Virus record (IMG/VR): IMGVR_UViG_3300005529_000002
Coordinates: 35,933 to 99,932 of that record
From: a virus
Direction: 5' to 3' (one strand)
DNA length: 64,000 bases
Shown here: in pieces, positions 15,569 to 23,847 of the stretch
How the letters are laid out: the number at the start of each line of letters is the position of its first letter
Numbering within the stretch: position 1 is the first letter of the stretch
Made by a program: the position numbers and the translations under genes
The notes under the pieces: generated by a model
Told to the model about the DNA's origin: nothing
What the model saw: the letters and a program-made list of their open reading frames with translations, nothing else
Database searches by the model: none

Positions 15569-17736
15569 CCGCCAGCGGCCCGCAGAACCTGCCCGCCGTC
15601 CCTGGCGAGTCCGGCGCGGACGAGATCGTCGACGGGGTGATCGTCGACGAGCCGCCCGGCGTTGACGGGCCGGCGGCCGGCGTCGCCGCCGTCATCCGGG
15701 TTATCGTGCGGCCTGAGCACGCCAAGTCGGCCGGCCGTCACCTGGCCTACATCCCGCTCGGCTTCGCCGTCATGTGCCGTCGCCTGTGGGACAGCCGGAC
15801 GACAGCCCGCTACGAGCGGTTCATCCGGGCAGCCGAAGCGGCCGGGAACCACGAGGCCGCGCTGGAGTGGGACGACCAGACGCAGACGTTCCGCCGCGAC
15901 CGGCACCAGCGCCGCGTCGACATGATCGAAGTGCCCGTCCGGGTGCTGCTGATGCTCCCGAAGATCGGCATGGGCCTGCTCGGCGTTCTTCTCTGCCTCG
16001 GCATCATGCTGGCTGTCGCCACGGGGCACGTCTCCGAGGTCGCCGTCCCGGCCAGGGTGCTCGCACGGATCGTGTTCTGGACGGGACTCGTGCTGTCGGT
16101 GTCCTGGGGTCCGCTCCTGCTCTCGCTGCCCTGGATAGCCCTCGGCGCGCTGTGGTGGACCGGCCGGGCGCACGCCAACGCGAACCTGACCGGCTGGCTG
16201 GTGCCGGATAAGGACGAGGAGGACGCCGGCATCGTGGTGACGGCGGACACGATCGTGCTGGCCCTCCAGAACCTGGACAAGATCCCCGCGCTGAAGAAAG
16301 CGTTCAAGGACGGCTGGCGGCCAACATTCCACACGCTGCCGGTCAAGGACGGCCGAGGCTACTTCACGGTGTTCAGCGTCCCGCTCGGCGTCACCGCCGG
16401 GATGGTCGCCGACCAGCGGCCGGTGCTCGCCCGCAACGTGCACCGCGCCGAACCGGAGGTGTGGCCGACCGACGCCGAGAAATCCGGTCAGGGGCCGGCA
16501 GGCACCGTCGCCATGTGGATCGCCGACCCCGGCGTCCTGTCCAAGGCCGCGCCGGAGTACCCGCTCATGCACGAAGGCACCGCCGACGTGTTCACGGGCG
16601 TGCCGGGCGGGGTGGTGGCGCGCGGCGACGGCCTCCTCATCCCGGTCGTTGGCAACAACTTCGTGGCCGGCGGCCAGATGGGCCAAGGGAAGTCCAACGC
16701 CTGCCGCGTGCTCATGCTCGGCTGCGCCCTGGATCCGCTCGCCGTGCTGGACGTTTTCGTGTTCGCGAACAACGGCGACTTCGACGCGTACGCGCCCCGG
16801 CTGCACATCTACCGCAAAGGCGTCGAGGACGACGTGGTCCTGGCCGCCCTCGGCCGCCTGCACCAGCTGTATGGCGAAGTCGGCCGGCGCGAGCAGCGTC
16901 TCGCGGACCTCGGCGCGAAGAAGGTCACCCGCGGACTGGCGCAGGAGCACCCGGACCTGCGGCCGGTCATCGCCCTGTTCAGCGAGTGCCATGAGCTGTT
17001 CGGCCACCCCGAGTACGGCGAGGAAGCCGCCGACGTGGCCACCAAGACAATCAAGCGGGCGCGGAAGACCGCCGTCTCCCTGGGGTTCGACACCCAGAGC
17101 AGCCGCAAGGAAGCCATACCGCCGAAGCTGGTCGAGCTGGTCAGCGTCAACGCGTGCTTCTACGTCAAGACCTGGCGCTCCAATGACGGCTTCCTCGGCG
17201 ACGGGTCGTTCGCCGCGGGCATCCGCGCGACCGAGCTGCGGCCCGGCCGCGACCGGGGCACGTCGGTAATCACCGGCGTGTCCGAGGCGCAGTTCGAGCT
17301 GCTCCGCTGGTATTTCGTGGAGGTCAACGACGACACCGGCTATGACGCGGCGGCCGAGGTGATCGGCCGCGCCATGGCGAGCCTCGCGCCCGGCACGCGC
17401 CTGACATCAGGCGAGCCGCTGCCCGAGATCGAGCGCCGCGACCTCCTCGACGACCTGGACGAGGTGCTCGAATACGAGCGGGTCAAGCTGGCCGACTTGC
17501 CCGCGCTGCTCCGCGAGCTGGCCGGGGACTGGGGACCGTACCGGAACCTGACCGGCACCCAGCTCCGCGAGCTGCTTGATGACCTGGACGTGCGGACCAC
17601 GAACGTCGGGAACGTGCCGAGGCTCGACCCGGCCGACCTGCGCCGTGCGCTGGCCGGAAGGGGTGAGTTAGATCGCGCCCCTCTACCCGGAACAGGCCCT
17701 GCGGGCACCTGCGGACGGGGACCTAACCCCGCCTAA
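15565..17736 (+). CDS. traB: TraB/TraSA-type FtsK-family conjugative DNA translocase
   Basis: N-terminal TM helices; Walker A GGQMGQGKS; Walker B-like IALFSECHELF; KRARKTA...TQ motif; C-terminal wHTH-like domain. Confidence 0.85.
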   Translation: MTASGPQNLPAVPGESGADEIVDGVIVDEPPGVDGPAAGVAAVIRVIVRPEHAKSAGRHLAYIPLGFAVMCRRLWDSRTTARYERFIRAAEAAGNHEAALEWDDQTQTFRRDRHQRRVDMIEVPVRVLLMLPKIGMGLLGVLLCLGIMLAVATGHVSEVAVPARVLARIVFWTGLVLSVSWGPLLLSLPWIALGALWWTGRAHANANLTGWLVPDKDEEDAGIVVTADTIVLALQNLDKIPALKKAFKDGWRPTFHTLPVKDGRGYFTVFSVPLGVTAGMVADQRPVLARNVHRAEPEVWPTDAEKSGQGPAGTVAMWIADPGVLSKAAPEYPLMHEGTADVFTGVPGGVVARGDGLLIPVVGNNFVAGGQMGQGKSNACRVLMLGCALDPLAVLDVFVFANNGDFDAYAPRLHIYRKGVEDDVVLAALGRLHQLYGEVGRREQRLADLGAKKVTRGLAQEHPDLRPVIALFSECHELFGHPEYGEEAADVATKTIKRARKTAVSLGFDTQSSRKEAIPPKLVELVSVNACFYVKTWRSNDGFLGDGSFAAGIRATELRPGRDRGTSVITGVSEAQFELLRWYFVEVNDDTGYDAAAEVIGRAMASLAPGTRLTSGEPLPEIERRDLLDDLDEVLEYERVKLADLPALLRELAGDWGPYRNLTGTQLRELLDDLDVRTTNVGNVPRLDPADLRRALAGRGELDRAPLPGTGPAGTCGRGPNPA

Positions 17737-17841
17737 CCCGTCTAACGCGACCTAACTTCTGCAGGTCAGGGACCTGCGGGCAGCGATCGCCCCCACCTAA
17801 CGAGGGGGTTAGAAAACTAACCCCCGCACCCGTGAGCTAAC
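17665..17841. repeat. clt-like cluster of CTAAC repeats at the traB 3' end
   Basis: CTAAC at 17723, 17733, 17742, 17752, 17797, 17817, 17837; inverted GTTAG at 17667 and 17808; GCAGGTC/GACCTGC inverted repeat at 17761-17777. Confidence 0.7.
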
Positions 17842-17859
17842 CCGGGAGGATCACATCCG

Positions 17860-18195
17860 GTGCTGTCGAGGACCGTCAGGCGGGAAGCCCGCAAGCGGAT
17901 CGGGAACCCTCTGCGCGAAGCGGTGCGCCGCGCCGCCGAGCAGTGGTGCCCTGAATGCCAGAAGCGCGTCCAGCCATTCCACCTGTGCATGGTCAGGACC
18001 GATTTCAGGCAGCGCAAGGCGGAAGCCGGACGGCAGGTCAGGCGCGGCGGAGGCCCGGAAACTGCCAGGGGCGGCCGGCGGGACGCGCGCACGGCGCACG
18101 ACTACCAGACCTGTCCTGACCGCGGCTGCCCGCGCCCGCTGTGCCGGGCGTTCCGCGAAGGCCAGCTCGCCTGCCCGCTACCTCACCAGGGGTGA
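17860..18195 (+). CDS. Cys/His-rich hypothetical protein
   Basis: GGGAGG RBS; CPEC..HLC and HDYQTC...C...C. Confidence 0.7.
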   Translation: MLSRTVRREARKRIGNPLREAVRRAAEQWCPECQKRVQPFHLCMVRTDFRQRKAEAGRQVRRGGGPETARGGRRDARTAHDYQTCPDRGCPRPLCRAFREGQLACPLPHQG

Positions 18196-18228
18196 TGTCT
18201 TGAACCAGCACAGGAAGGAGCGCAGGTC

Positions 18229-18663
18229 ATGAGCTGTCCCGGCTTGCACTGCCCTGGCTGCTCAGAGGGCCAGTCGCTCGGCATCCTCGGCACAGTGGCG
18301 GTGGCCGTCATCATCGCCGATGAGACAGTCCGGTGGGCAGCCGACCGCATCTGGTGGATCGGCGGCACGGCGGCGGCATGTTTCGCCCTGTCGGTGGCCG
18401 TGACCATGTGGCTCGAAAGACGCGCCGATGCCCGCGGAGTCCGGTACGCCGAGCTGCACGGCATCGCGTCGCGCGCCGACGTCGAGGAGCTGACCCCGGC
18501 CGGGGTCGCGTGGCTGGCGAGCCGCGAGCAGCCGCGCGCCGCACTCGGCGTCCGCGAGGTGCACTTTCACTTCGGCGGCCTGAGCGCCGATGAGCAGGCC
18601 CACATCATCCGCACCACGCTCGCGGGGCACCCCGCTCCCGGCCCGGAGGAGATAACCAGATGA
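18229..18663 (+). CDS. Membrane protein (Spd-like) with N-terminal Cys motif
   Basis: AAGGAG RBS; two TM segments; EVHFHF. Confidence 0.7.
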   Translation: MSCPGLHCPGCSEGQSLGILGTVAVAVIIADETVRWAADRIWWIGGTAAACFALSVAVTMWLERRADARGVRYAELHGIASRADVEELTPAGVAWLASREQPRAALGVREVHFHFGGLSADEQAHIIRTTLAGHPAPGPEEITR

Positions 18664-18914
18664 AGCTGTTCCGCAGGCGCGGCGTGCCTGCCAGGCCCGA
18701 CTACATGACGCAGGCAGAGCACCTCCAGGAGGCCGGACGCCTGGCCTGGGTCATTGACGACGTGATGCAGTCCCGCGCGAAGCGCAGCCTCGGCGATGTG
18801 ATCGCGCTCGCCCGGCTGCACCTGGAGCTCGCCCAGGTCGCGCGGCACAACGAGGGCACCCGCCTGGATGCCCCGCTACCAGAAGGAGAAACCCCATGTC
18901 ACTGCCGGAAATGA
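18660..18914 (+). CDS. Hypothetical protein
   Basis: GGAGGAG RBS, ATGA-coupled. Confidence 0.65.
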   Translation: MKLFRRRGVPARPDYMTQAEHLQEAGRLAWVIDDVMQSRAKRSLGDVIALARLHLELAQVARHNEGTRLDAPLPEGETPCHCRK

Positions 18915-19216
18915 CCCCGGAGCAGCGTGCCGAGGCGCTGCGGAAGGCCGCCGAGACGCGCAGGCTCCGCGCGGCCGAACTGGAGAAGGTCCGCAAGGGC
19001 CAGATCACTGTCACCGACGTGCTCGACAGCGGCGACTCGCTGCTGCTGCCGGTGCCCGTGCGCCGGCTGCTCCTCGCGGTTCCCGGCATCGGCCCGGCCA
19101 AGGCGGACGCCCTGCTCGACGCGATCGGCGTCAGCGCAGAGTTCCGCAAGAAGCGCCGCGTTCAGGGCCTCGGCGAGGTCCAGCGCAAGGCGCTCCGCGA
19201 GCGTCTCGCAGCCTGA
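18896..19216 (+). CDS. mihF: Actinobacterial integration host factor (mIHF/sIHF-like)
   Basis: LP.MTPEQRAEALRKAAE.RR.RA...LL.AVPGIG..KA...RRVQGLG..QR.AL. Confidence 0.93.
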   Translation: MSLPEMTPEQRAEALRKAAETRRLRAAELEKVRKGQITVTDVLDSGDSLLLPVPVRRLLLAVPGIGPAKADALLDAIGVSAEFRKKRRVQGLGEVQRKALRERLAA

Positions 19217-19226
19217 CCTGTCCCCC

Positions 19227-19268
19227 GTCCCGCATCCGCCCGGTCCCGCTTCCGGGCGGATGCGGGAC
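19227..19268. terminator. Perfect 17-bp hairpin after mihF
   Basis: GTCCCGCATCCGCCCGG-8 nt-CCGGGCGGATGCGGGAC. Confidence 0.65.
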
Positions 19269-19295
19269 CATCGCACCGAGAGAGGTAAGCCCAGC

Positions 19296-20183
19296 ATGAC
19301 GCCCCCGGCCGCCGCCAACGGCACCCATGTCCTGACGCCGGAGTTCGTCGCGCTGCTGCGGCACCGGGAGCTTGCGGACGCCACTGCCGCAGCGACAGCG
19401 GACGCGCCGCAGCCGCGGCGGGAACCGCCATCGCTGTGGCGCCGGCAGCACCTTGACGGCGACACGGTGATCCGCATCGTGGCGGCTTCGGCAGTGCTCG
19501 GTGTCGCCGTCATCGCGGCAGTGGTCAGCTACTCGCATATCTACGACCTGGCCCGCCATCATGGCGAGTCGGGAACCGCCGCCAGGCTCCTGCCGGTGTC
19601 GGTTGACGGGCTGATCGCGTCCGCCAGCCTCGCGCTCTTGCATGCCGCCAGGAACCGCATCGACGCGCCGTGGATGGCGTACCTGATGCTGTGGCTCGGT
19701 GTCGGCGCCACGATCGCCGCCAATGTCGGGTTCGGGCTGCCTGCGGGCTGGCTGTCGGCCGTCATCGCCGCGTGGCCCGCCGCCGCGTTTGTCGGGTCGG
19801 TGGAGATGGCGCTGATGCTGGCCAGGAACAGGCGCCGGGCCGCCGCGGACTCTGGCGGGAACGGATGCCGCAAGCCGCGATGGCGGCGAAGATGGCGGGG
19901 ACAGTGCGCCTGCCGCGCCGTGCCGGATGCGGACCCTCCGGCCGCCGCCCCTCAGCCGCCATCGCAGCCAGCCGCCGCCGCCCCTCAGCCGCCAGTCCGC
20001 GCCCGCAAGCCGGCACGCAAACCCGCCATGTCGGCTGCCGCCAAATCCGCCAGGGCGGATGCGGAACTGGCCGCCAGGCCGCACCTGACCAACGCTGAGA
20101 TCGCCAAGCGCGCCGGAGTGTCGGAACGCACGGTGGAGCGCCGCCGCGAGGCGGCACGGAAAGCTGCGACAATCGGATCGTGA
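19296..20183 (+). CDS. DUF2637/SpdA-like four-TM protein with C-terminal HTH
   Basis: AAVVSYSHI..LA..HGE...LLPVSVDGL...ATIAANV...IAAWP....SVE; LTNAEIAKRAGVSERTV. Confidence 0.88.
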   Translation: MTPPAAANGTHVLTPEFVALLRHRELADATAAATADAPQPRREPPSLWRRQHLDGDTVIRIVAASAVLGVAVIAAVVSYSHIYDLARHHGESGTAARLLPVSVDGLIASASLALLHAARNRIDAPWMAYLMLWLGVGATIAANVGFGLPAGWLSAVIAAWPAAAFVGSVEMALMLARNRRRAAADSGGNGCRKPRWRRRWRGQCACRAVPDADPPAAAPQPPSQPAAAAPQPPVRARKPARKPAMSAAAKSARADAELAARPHLTNAEIAKRAGVSERTVERRREAARKAATIGS

Positions 20184-20630
20184 ACCGGCACCATCAGACC
20201 GCGCTTGACTGGCACTGCCGCCTGTCGGTGGAGACGATGCACCCGAGGTTCTCGCGGCGGCTCTCCTCGGGCCTGTCTGTCGTGCTCACCGTGAACAGCG
20301 GCTACGAATGAATGCTCCTGGAGCTGGGCGGTCCTGTCTGGCATGCGAGCGTGGCGGGAAGCGTGATCCGGGCTGTCCTGGAACGGGAGGCTGAGCGCCA
20401 GCTCGCCGGCGTCGGCGACGCGTCCCTCGGCGAGTGGCGCGAGTGGACGGGCAAGGCGTTCCATATCCGCCGCAGGCTGACCGCGAGAGAGCAGCGGGCA
20501 GTCGGCACTGTCGTTTGACATCCGGGGCAGCGGAGAGGCCCGGATGCGGGCGGCGAGGCTCGGCCCGCTCCTCGCGCTAGCTCCGCCCGAAGTGCTCAGC
20601 GCAGAGATCGGCCCGGCTCCCGCAGCGTGA
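20180..20630 (+). pseudogene. Hypothetical phage gene with an in-frame stop and a +1 frameshift
   Basis: GTG 20180 in frame with ATG 20312 across TGA 20309; coding-like frame resumes +1 at GTT T GAC (20516). Confidence 0.55.
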
Positions 20631-20862
20631 GCATGTCCCGGTAACCTAGACGCAGGCCATTCGGCCGCCAACTTCTCCCGCTGGACCCCTCCCCGATCGG
20701 TGCCGTTCCTTGCTGTCCCACCACGCCCATGTTCTCTTCAGCCTGCTCGCCGTCGTCGCAACCCCCCTCGTCACCGGAGTGATCCTGTGGCGCTCGGACC
20801 ACCTCGACCACCCGCGCAGCCAGGATGATGAGCCGGGCACCGGAGAGGAGGAGGACCGGCCG

Positions 20863-21162
20863 CTACCGGCCGCGCGGCTCCCCGAGGTCTGCCCCGTCGA
20901 TGACGAGCAGCCCGTCCGCGAGCCGTTCCGCTTCGGCGACTGCGGCGAGGATGCCCTCCGCGTCCAGGGTCACGGCTGCCTCCGGCTGGATCACCACGGT
21001 CCCGCCGCGGAGTCCGGCAGCGGACACGAGCCGGCGCACCGCCTCGGTGAAGTACTCGAGGTCATCTGACCTGACCCCGCCCGGGAGCCTGAGGCGGACC
21101 ACGACGGGGCGCGTGACCGCACCGGGGGCGGGGAACAGGGGCGCGGGCCCGTCAGTGCTCAT
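20863..21162 (-). CDS. Hypothetical protein (STAS-like beta/alpha pattern)
   Basis: Leaderless TACCGT-6 nt-ATG. Confidence 0.6.
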   Translation of the reverse strand: MSTDGPAPLFPAPGAVTRPVVVRLRLPGGVRSDDLEYFTEAVRRLVSAAGLRGGTVVIQPEAAVTLDAEGILAAVAEAERLADGLLVIDGADLGEPRGR

Positions 21163-21241
21163 GGGTGCACGGTAACGCCGGGGTCTGACATTCCCGCGCG
21201 GCGTGTTGGCAGCATCCGTCCCGGTCGGTGATCATGTGCGC

Positions 21242-22453
21242 ATGGCGCGCGGCAACTACTGGGAATACTCGTTCCGGAGCAGCGAATCCCTCCGTGAGCA
21301 GGACCGGCGGCAGAATGGCGCGGCTCACGACCCGGCGCAGGCCGGCGCGGGTGACCACCGCTGCGAACGCGGCGACTGGTGCGTCGCGAGGACACGCGGT
21401 GAGGACGGGATCTGGCGTCCCGCGCTCACCTATCAGGTGTTCTGCCAGTCTGACGAGAAAGTGATCAGCGAGCAGGCCGCCCAGATGCCTGGCATGTGGC
21501 TGGAACTGGCGGCGAGGATCGGCGACCCGCTGCGCACAGGCCGGCCCTCCGGGCGCCGGCCGCCGGGCTCCCGGGTGCTGATCTCCGGCGTGGTCGACGC
21601 GCTCCAGCAGGAGATCGCCGCGGTCCTCGGCGCCTGGGCGGCCAGGACACGTGCGATCCCCGGCCTGGACCTGTCGGCCGCACGGCACGCGCCGGGGACG
21701 CTGCGGCGCATCGCGGAGGACTGCGCGGTACTGGCGAAGCACACCGGCCCCCTGCTGGCGCTCACCCCCGGCCCGGTAACCCGCATCTACGACCTGCCCG
21801 CGGCGGCGCGCGAAGACGGGCTGGACCGGGCGAAGGCTACATGCCGCCACTGCGGGCGCGTCATCACCCAGTCGCCGGTATCGAAATGGTGGTGGGCGCC
21901 TGCTGCCGGGATGCGGACTCACGCGACAGATTTCTGCGGCCACGACCCGCAGCCGGGAAGCCTCACCGCGCTCCCGCGGCACGGTCCTGTGCCCGATGAC
22001 CTCGCGGAGGAGATCGGCGGCCAGGAAATCGTCACCGCCGGCGACGGCTGGGTGAAGGTGGTCCGCGACCGCGCCGGCAAAGACGCAGGCGCGGAGATCC
22101 TGGACCTGCACTACCGGTCGCGCAGGCTCACCGGGCACACCCCGGCGCAGCGGGAAGCGTTCGACGGGGTGCCGTGCCGGCGCATCAGCTGCGAGGAGTT
22201 CGCCCTCGAACGGGCCGCGCCCCCGTCTGACCCGTCGGTCCCGGCGATGCATTCCCGCTGCTCGGCGTGCGGCGACGAGATGGACAAGCAGGAGTACGAC
22301 CAGCAGGCGAAACGGTGGGCGTCCAGCCCCGGGGTGCAGGTGTGCAGGCGCTGCTCGGCCGCCGCCCCGGCGCATGATGACTGCCGGTGGACGGCGTGCG
22401 CATGCAGCGAGGCTCCGCACCCGCGCCGCCCGGCCGCCCGCCCAGCCGCGTGA
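21242..22453 (+). CDS. Cys-rich phage protein, candidate late-gene regulator
   Basis: Multiple CxxC motifs; immediately upstream of the late promoter and terminator. Confidence 0.75.
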   Translation: MARGNYWEYSFRSSESLREQDRRQNGAAHDPAQAGAGDHRCERGDWCVARTRGEDGIWRPALTYQVFCQSDEKVISEQAAQMPGMWLELAARIGDPLRTGRPSGRRPPGSRVLISGVVDALQQEIAAVLGAWAARTRAIPGLDLSAARHAPGTLRRIAEDCAVLAKHTGPLLALTPGPVTRIYDLPAAAREDGLDRAKATCRHCGRVITQSPVSKWWWAPAAGMRTHATDFCGHDPQPGSLTALPRHGPVPDDLAEEIGGQEIVTAGDGWVKVVRDRAGKDAGAEILDLHYRSRRLTGHTPAQREAFDGVPCRRISCEEFALERAAPPSDPSVPAMHSRCSACGDEMDKQEYDQQAKRWASSPGVQVCRRCSAAAPAHDDCRWTACACSEAPHPRRPAARPAA

Positions 22454-22465
22454 CCCGAGGGGTAT

Positions 22466-22494
22466 TTGATTTTCCGGTGATGGGGTGCAACACT
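22466..22494 (+). promoter_or_regulatory. Candidate late promoter
   Basis: TTGATT, 17-bp spacer, AACACT. Confidence 0.45.
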
Positions 22495-22516
22495 GAACGC
22501 GTCCCTGGTGGAGTGT

Positions 22517-22546
22517 CCCCGGAGCGCGGTGCGCCCGGGGTTTTCT
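22517..22546 (+). terminator. Intrinsic terminator in the late leader
   Basis: CCCCGG(A)GCGC-ggt-GCGCCCGGGG followed by TTTTCT. Confidence 0.65.
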
Positions 22547-22564
22547 GCTGTTCCGGGGGTGGTC

Positions 22565-22828
22565 ATGCGGCCAGCCCGGGGCGACGGGATGCTCACCACC
22601 CCGCAAGCGGCCCGGCTCGTCGGCGTCTCCCCGGCCACGGTCCGCTCATGGCGTAACCGCGGGTATCTCGCCCCGCAGGGCCTTGACGAGCGCGGCAACC
22701 CGCTGCACACCCCCGAAGCGGTGCGCGCCGCCGAGCGGCTGGTCCGCGAGCACGGCATCAAGGCGTCGGGAATCGACCCGCGGCTGCTCCGCAAGTCCGC
22801 GCGGGGACCCCGCGACCTCGCCGCCTGA
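22565..22828 (+). CDS. MerR-like HTH protein
   Basis: LTTPQAARLVGVSPATVRSWRNRGYL. Confidence 0.85.
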   Translation: MRPARGDGMLTTPQAARLVGVSPATVRSWRNRGYLAPQGLDERGNPLHTPEAVRAAERLVREHGIKASGIDPRLLRKSARGPRDLAA

Positions 22829-22854
22829 CCTGTGTTCCCGCCTGGAGGTGGCCG

Positions 22855-23367
22855 GTGACCGCCTCCGCTTCCCTTGAACCTGGCGACTACGTGGTGGTGC
22901 GGAGCAACGCTTTCGCCGGCCGGATCATCCGGGCATTTACCCGCAGCTGGGCGGACCACGCGTTCGTGTACGCGGGTGACGGCCAGATCCTGGAATCGAC
23001 GCCGCGCCGTGGCGTCCGCCAGTCCCCTCTGAGCAGCTACGCCGGGCTGAAAGCCGCCGCGAACCTCGGAGACGTGCTGACCGGCACCGAACGCGCCGCT
23101 GTCGTCCTCGCCGCCCGCTCATACGTGGGCGATGACTACGGCTGGCGCGAGATAGTGCTGATCACGCTGCGCCGCCTGGGGTTCCGCTGGTCCTGGCTGG
23201 TACGGCCGGACAAGACCGAGCTCATCTGTTCCGAGCTGGTTGCGCTGGCCTATGGGATGGCGGGGCTGGAACTGCTGTGCGGGGAGCCGTCAGCGGCGTA
23301 CGTGACCCCGGCGGACCTCGCTGACCGGGACGGCATGGAACCGGTGCAGATCGGAGAGACGGCATGA
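22855..23367 (+). CDS. Permuted papain-like NlpC/P60 enzyme (YiiX/YebB type)
   Basis: PGD....; DHAFVY (His before Cys); Y; ICSELVALAY; TP.DL. Confidence 0.88.
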   Translation: MTASASLEPGDYVVVRSNAFAGRIIRAFTRSWADHAFVYAGDGQILESTPRRGVRQSPLSSYAGLKAAANLGDVLTGTERAAVVLAARSYVGDDYGWREIVLITLRRLGFRWSWLVRPDKTELICSELVALAYGMAGLELLCGEPSAAYVTPADLADRDGMEPVQIGETA

Positions 23368-23612
23368 CAGCTGACGAGCTGCTGCGGCGGGCCGCGGCTT
23401 GCCAGGCGTGCGGCAAGGAGCACAGGTACCGCGCGATCTCGTCGAATCAGGCGACCTGGGCATCTCCGGAGGACGGCCACGCATACAGGCCGGTCCTCGA
23501 CGCTGACACTGTCGCGAAGCTCCGCTGCCTGGCGACGGGCGAGTATGTCAGCCCGTGGGCGAATCCGGTATCGCTCAAGAGGTCCCTCGCGGACCGGGTA
23601 CTAAGGGTCTGA
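23364..23612 (+). CDS. Hypothetical protein
   Basis: ATGA-coupled; CQAC..H. Confidence 0.65.
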   Translation: MTADELLRRAAACQACGKEHRYRAISSNQATWASPEDGHAYRPVLDADTVAKLRCLATGEYVSPWANPVSLKRSLADRVLRV

Positions 23613-23615
23613 CCG

Positions 23616-23729
23616 GTGGCCCGTATCTGCTCGCAATGCAGGCAGCCAGTCGCCCCGGTGAACGAGTGCATCTGCCCCGACGACGAGGACGACGCGCAGG
23701 GCAGCGGGGACGAGCGCGACTGCGCCTGA
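23616..23729 (+). CDS. Small Cys-rich protein (37 aa)
   Basis: MARICSQCRQPVAPVNECICPDD...; TGATG overlap with the next start. Confidence 0.5.
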   Translation: MARICSQCRQPVAPVNECICPDDEDDAQGSGDERDCA

Positions 23730-23847
23730 TGGACTCCTCCGATCCGGCGCGTGACGCGATACATCAGGCTCTCCAGCAGCACATGCCGAAAGGCTCCGAG
23801 GCGGTCCTGACCGGCTGGGTAGTGATCGCCGAGTGGATGGACGCGGG
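23729..23847 (+). pseudogene. Phage gene truncated by a reverse-strand cassette
   Basis: MDSSDPARDAIHQALQQH...VLTGWVVIAEWMDAG then runs into the antisense of the 23848 gene. Confidence 0.5.

Noticed and set aside
15565-17736. Chromosomal FtsK or a phage packaging ATPase
   Set aside because: Context (Spd-like genes, repeat cluster) and domain layout fit TraB; a separate TerL is present
17665-17841. CTAAC repeats as a CRISPR array
   Set aside because: Repeats are 5-6 bp with irregular short spacing, have no spacer-sized unique segments, and no cas genes are present
20710-21069. Plus-strand TM-containing ORF
   Set aside because: Most of it overlaps the better-supported minus gene 20863-21162, which has a leaderless promoter; only its N-terminal part might be real
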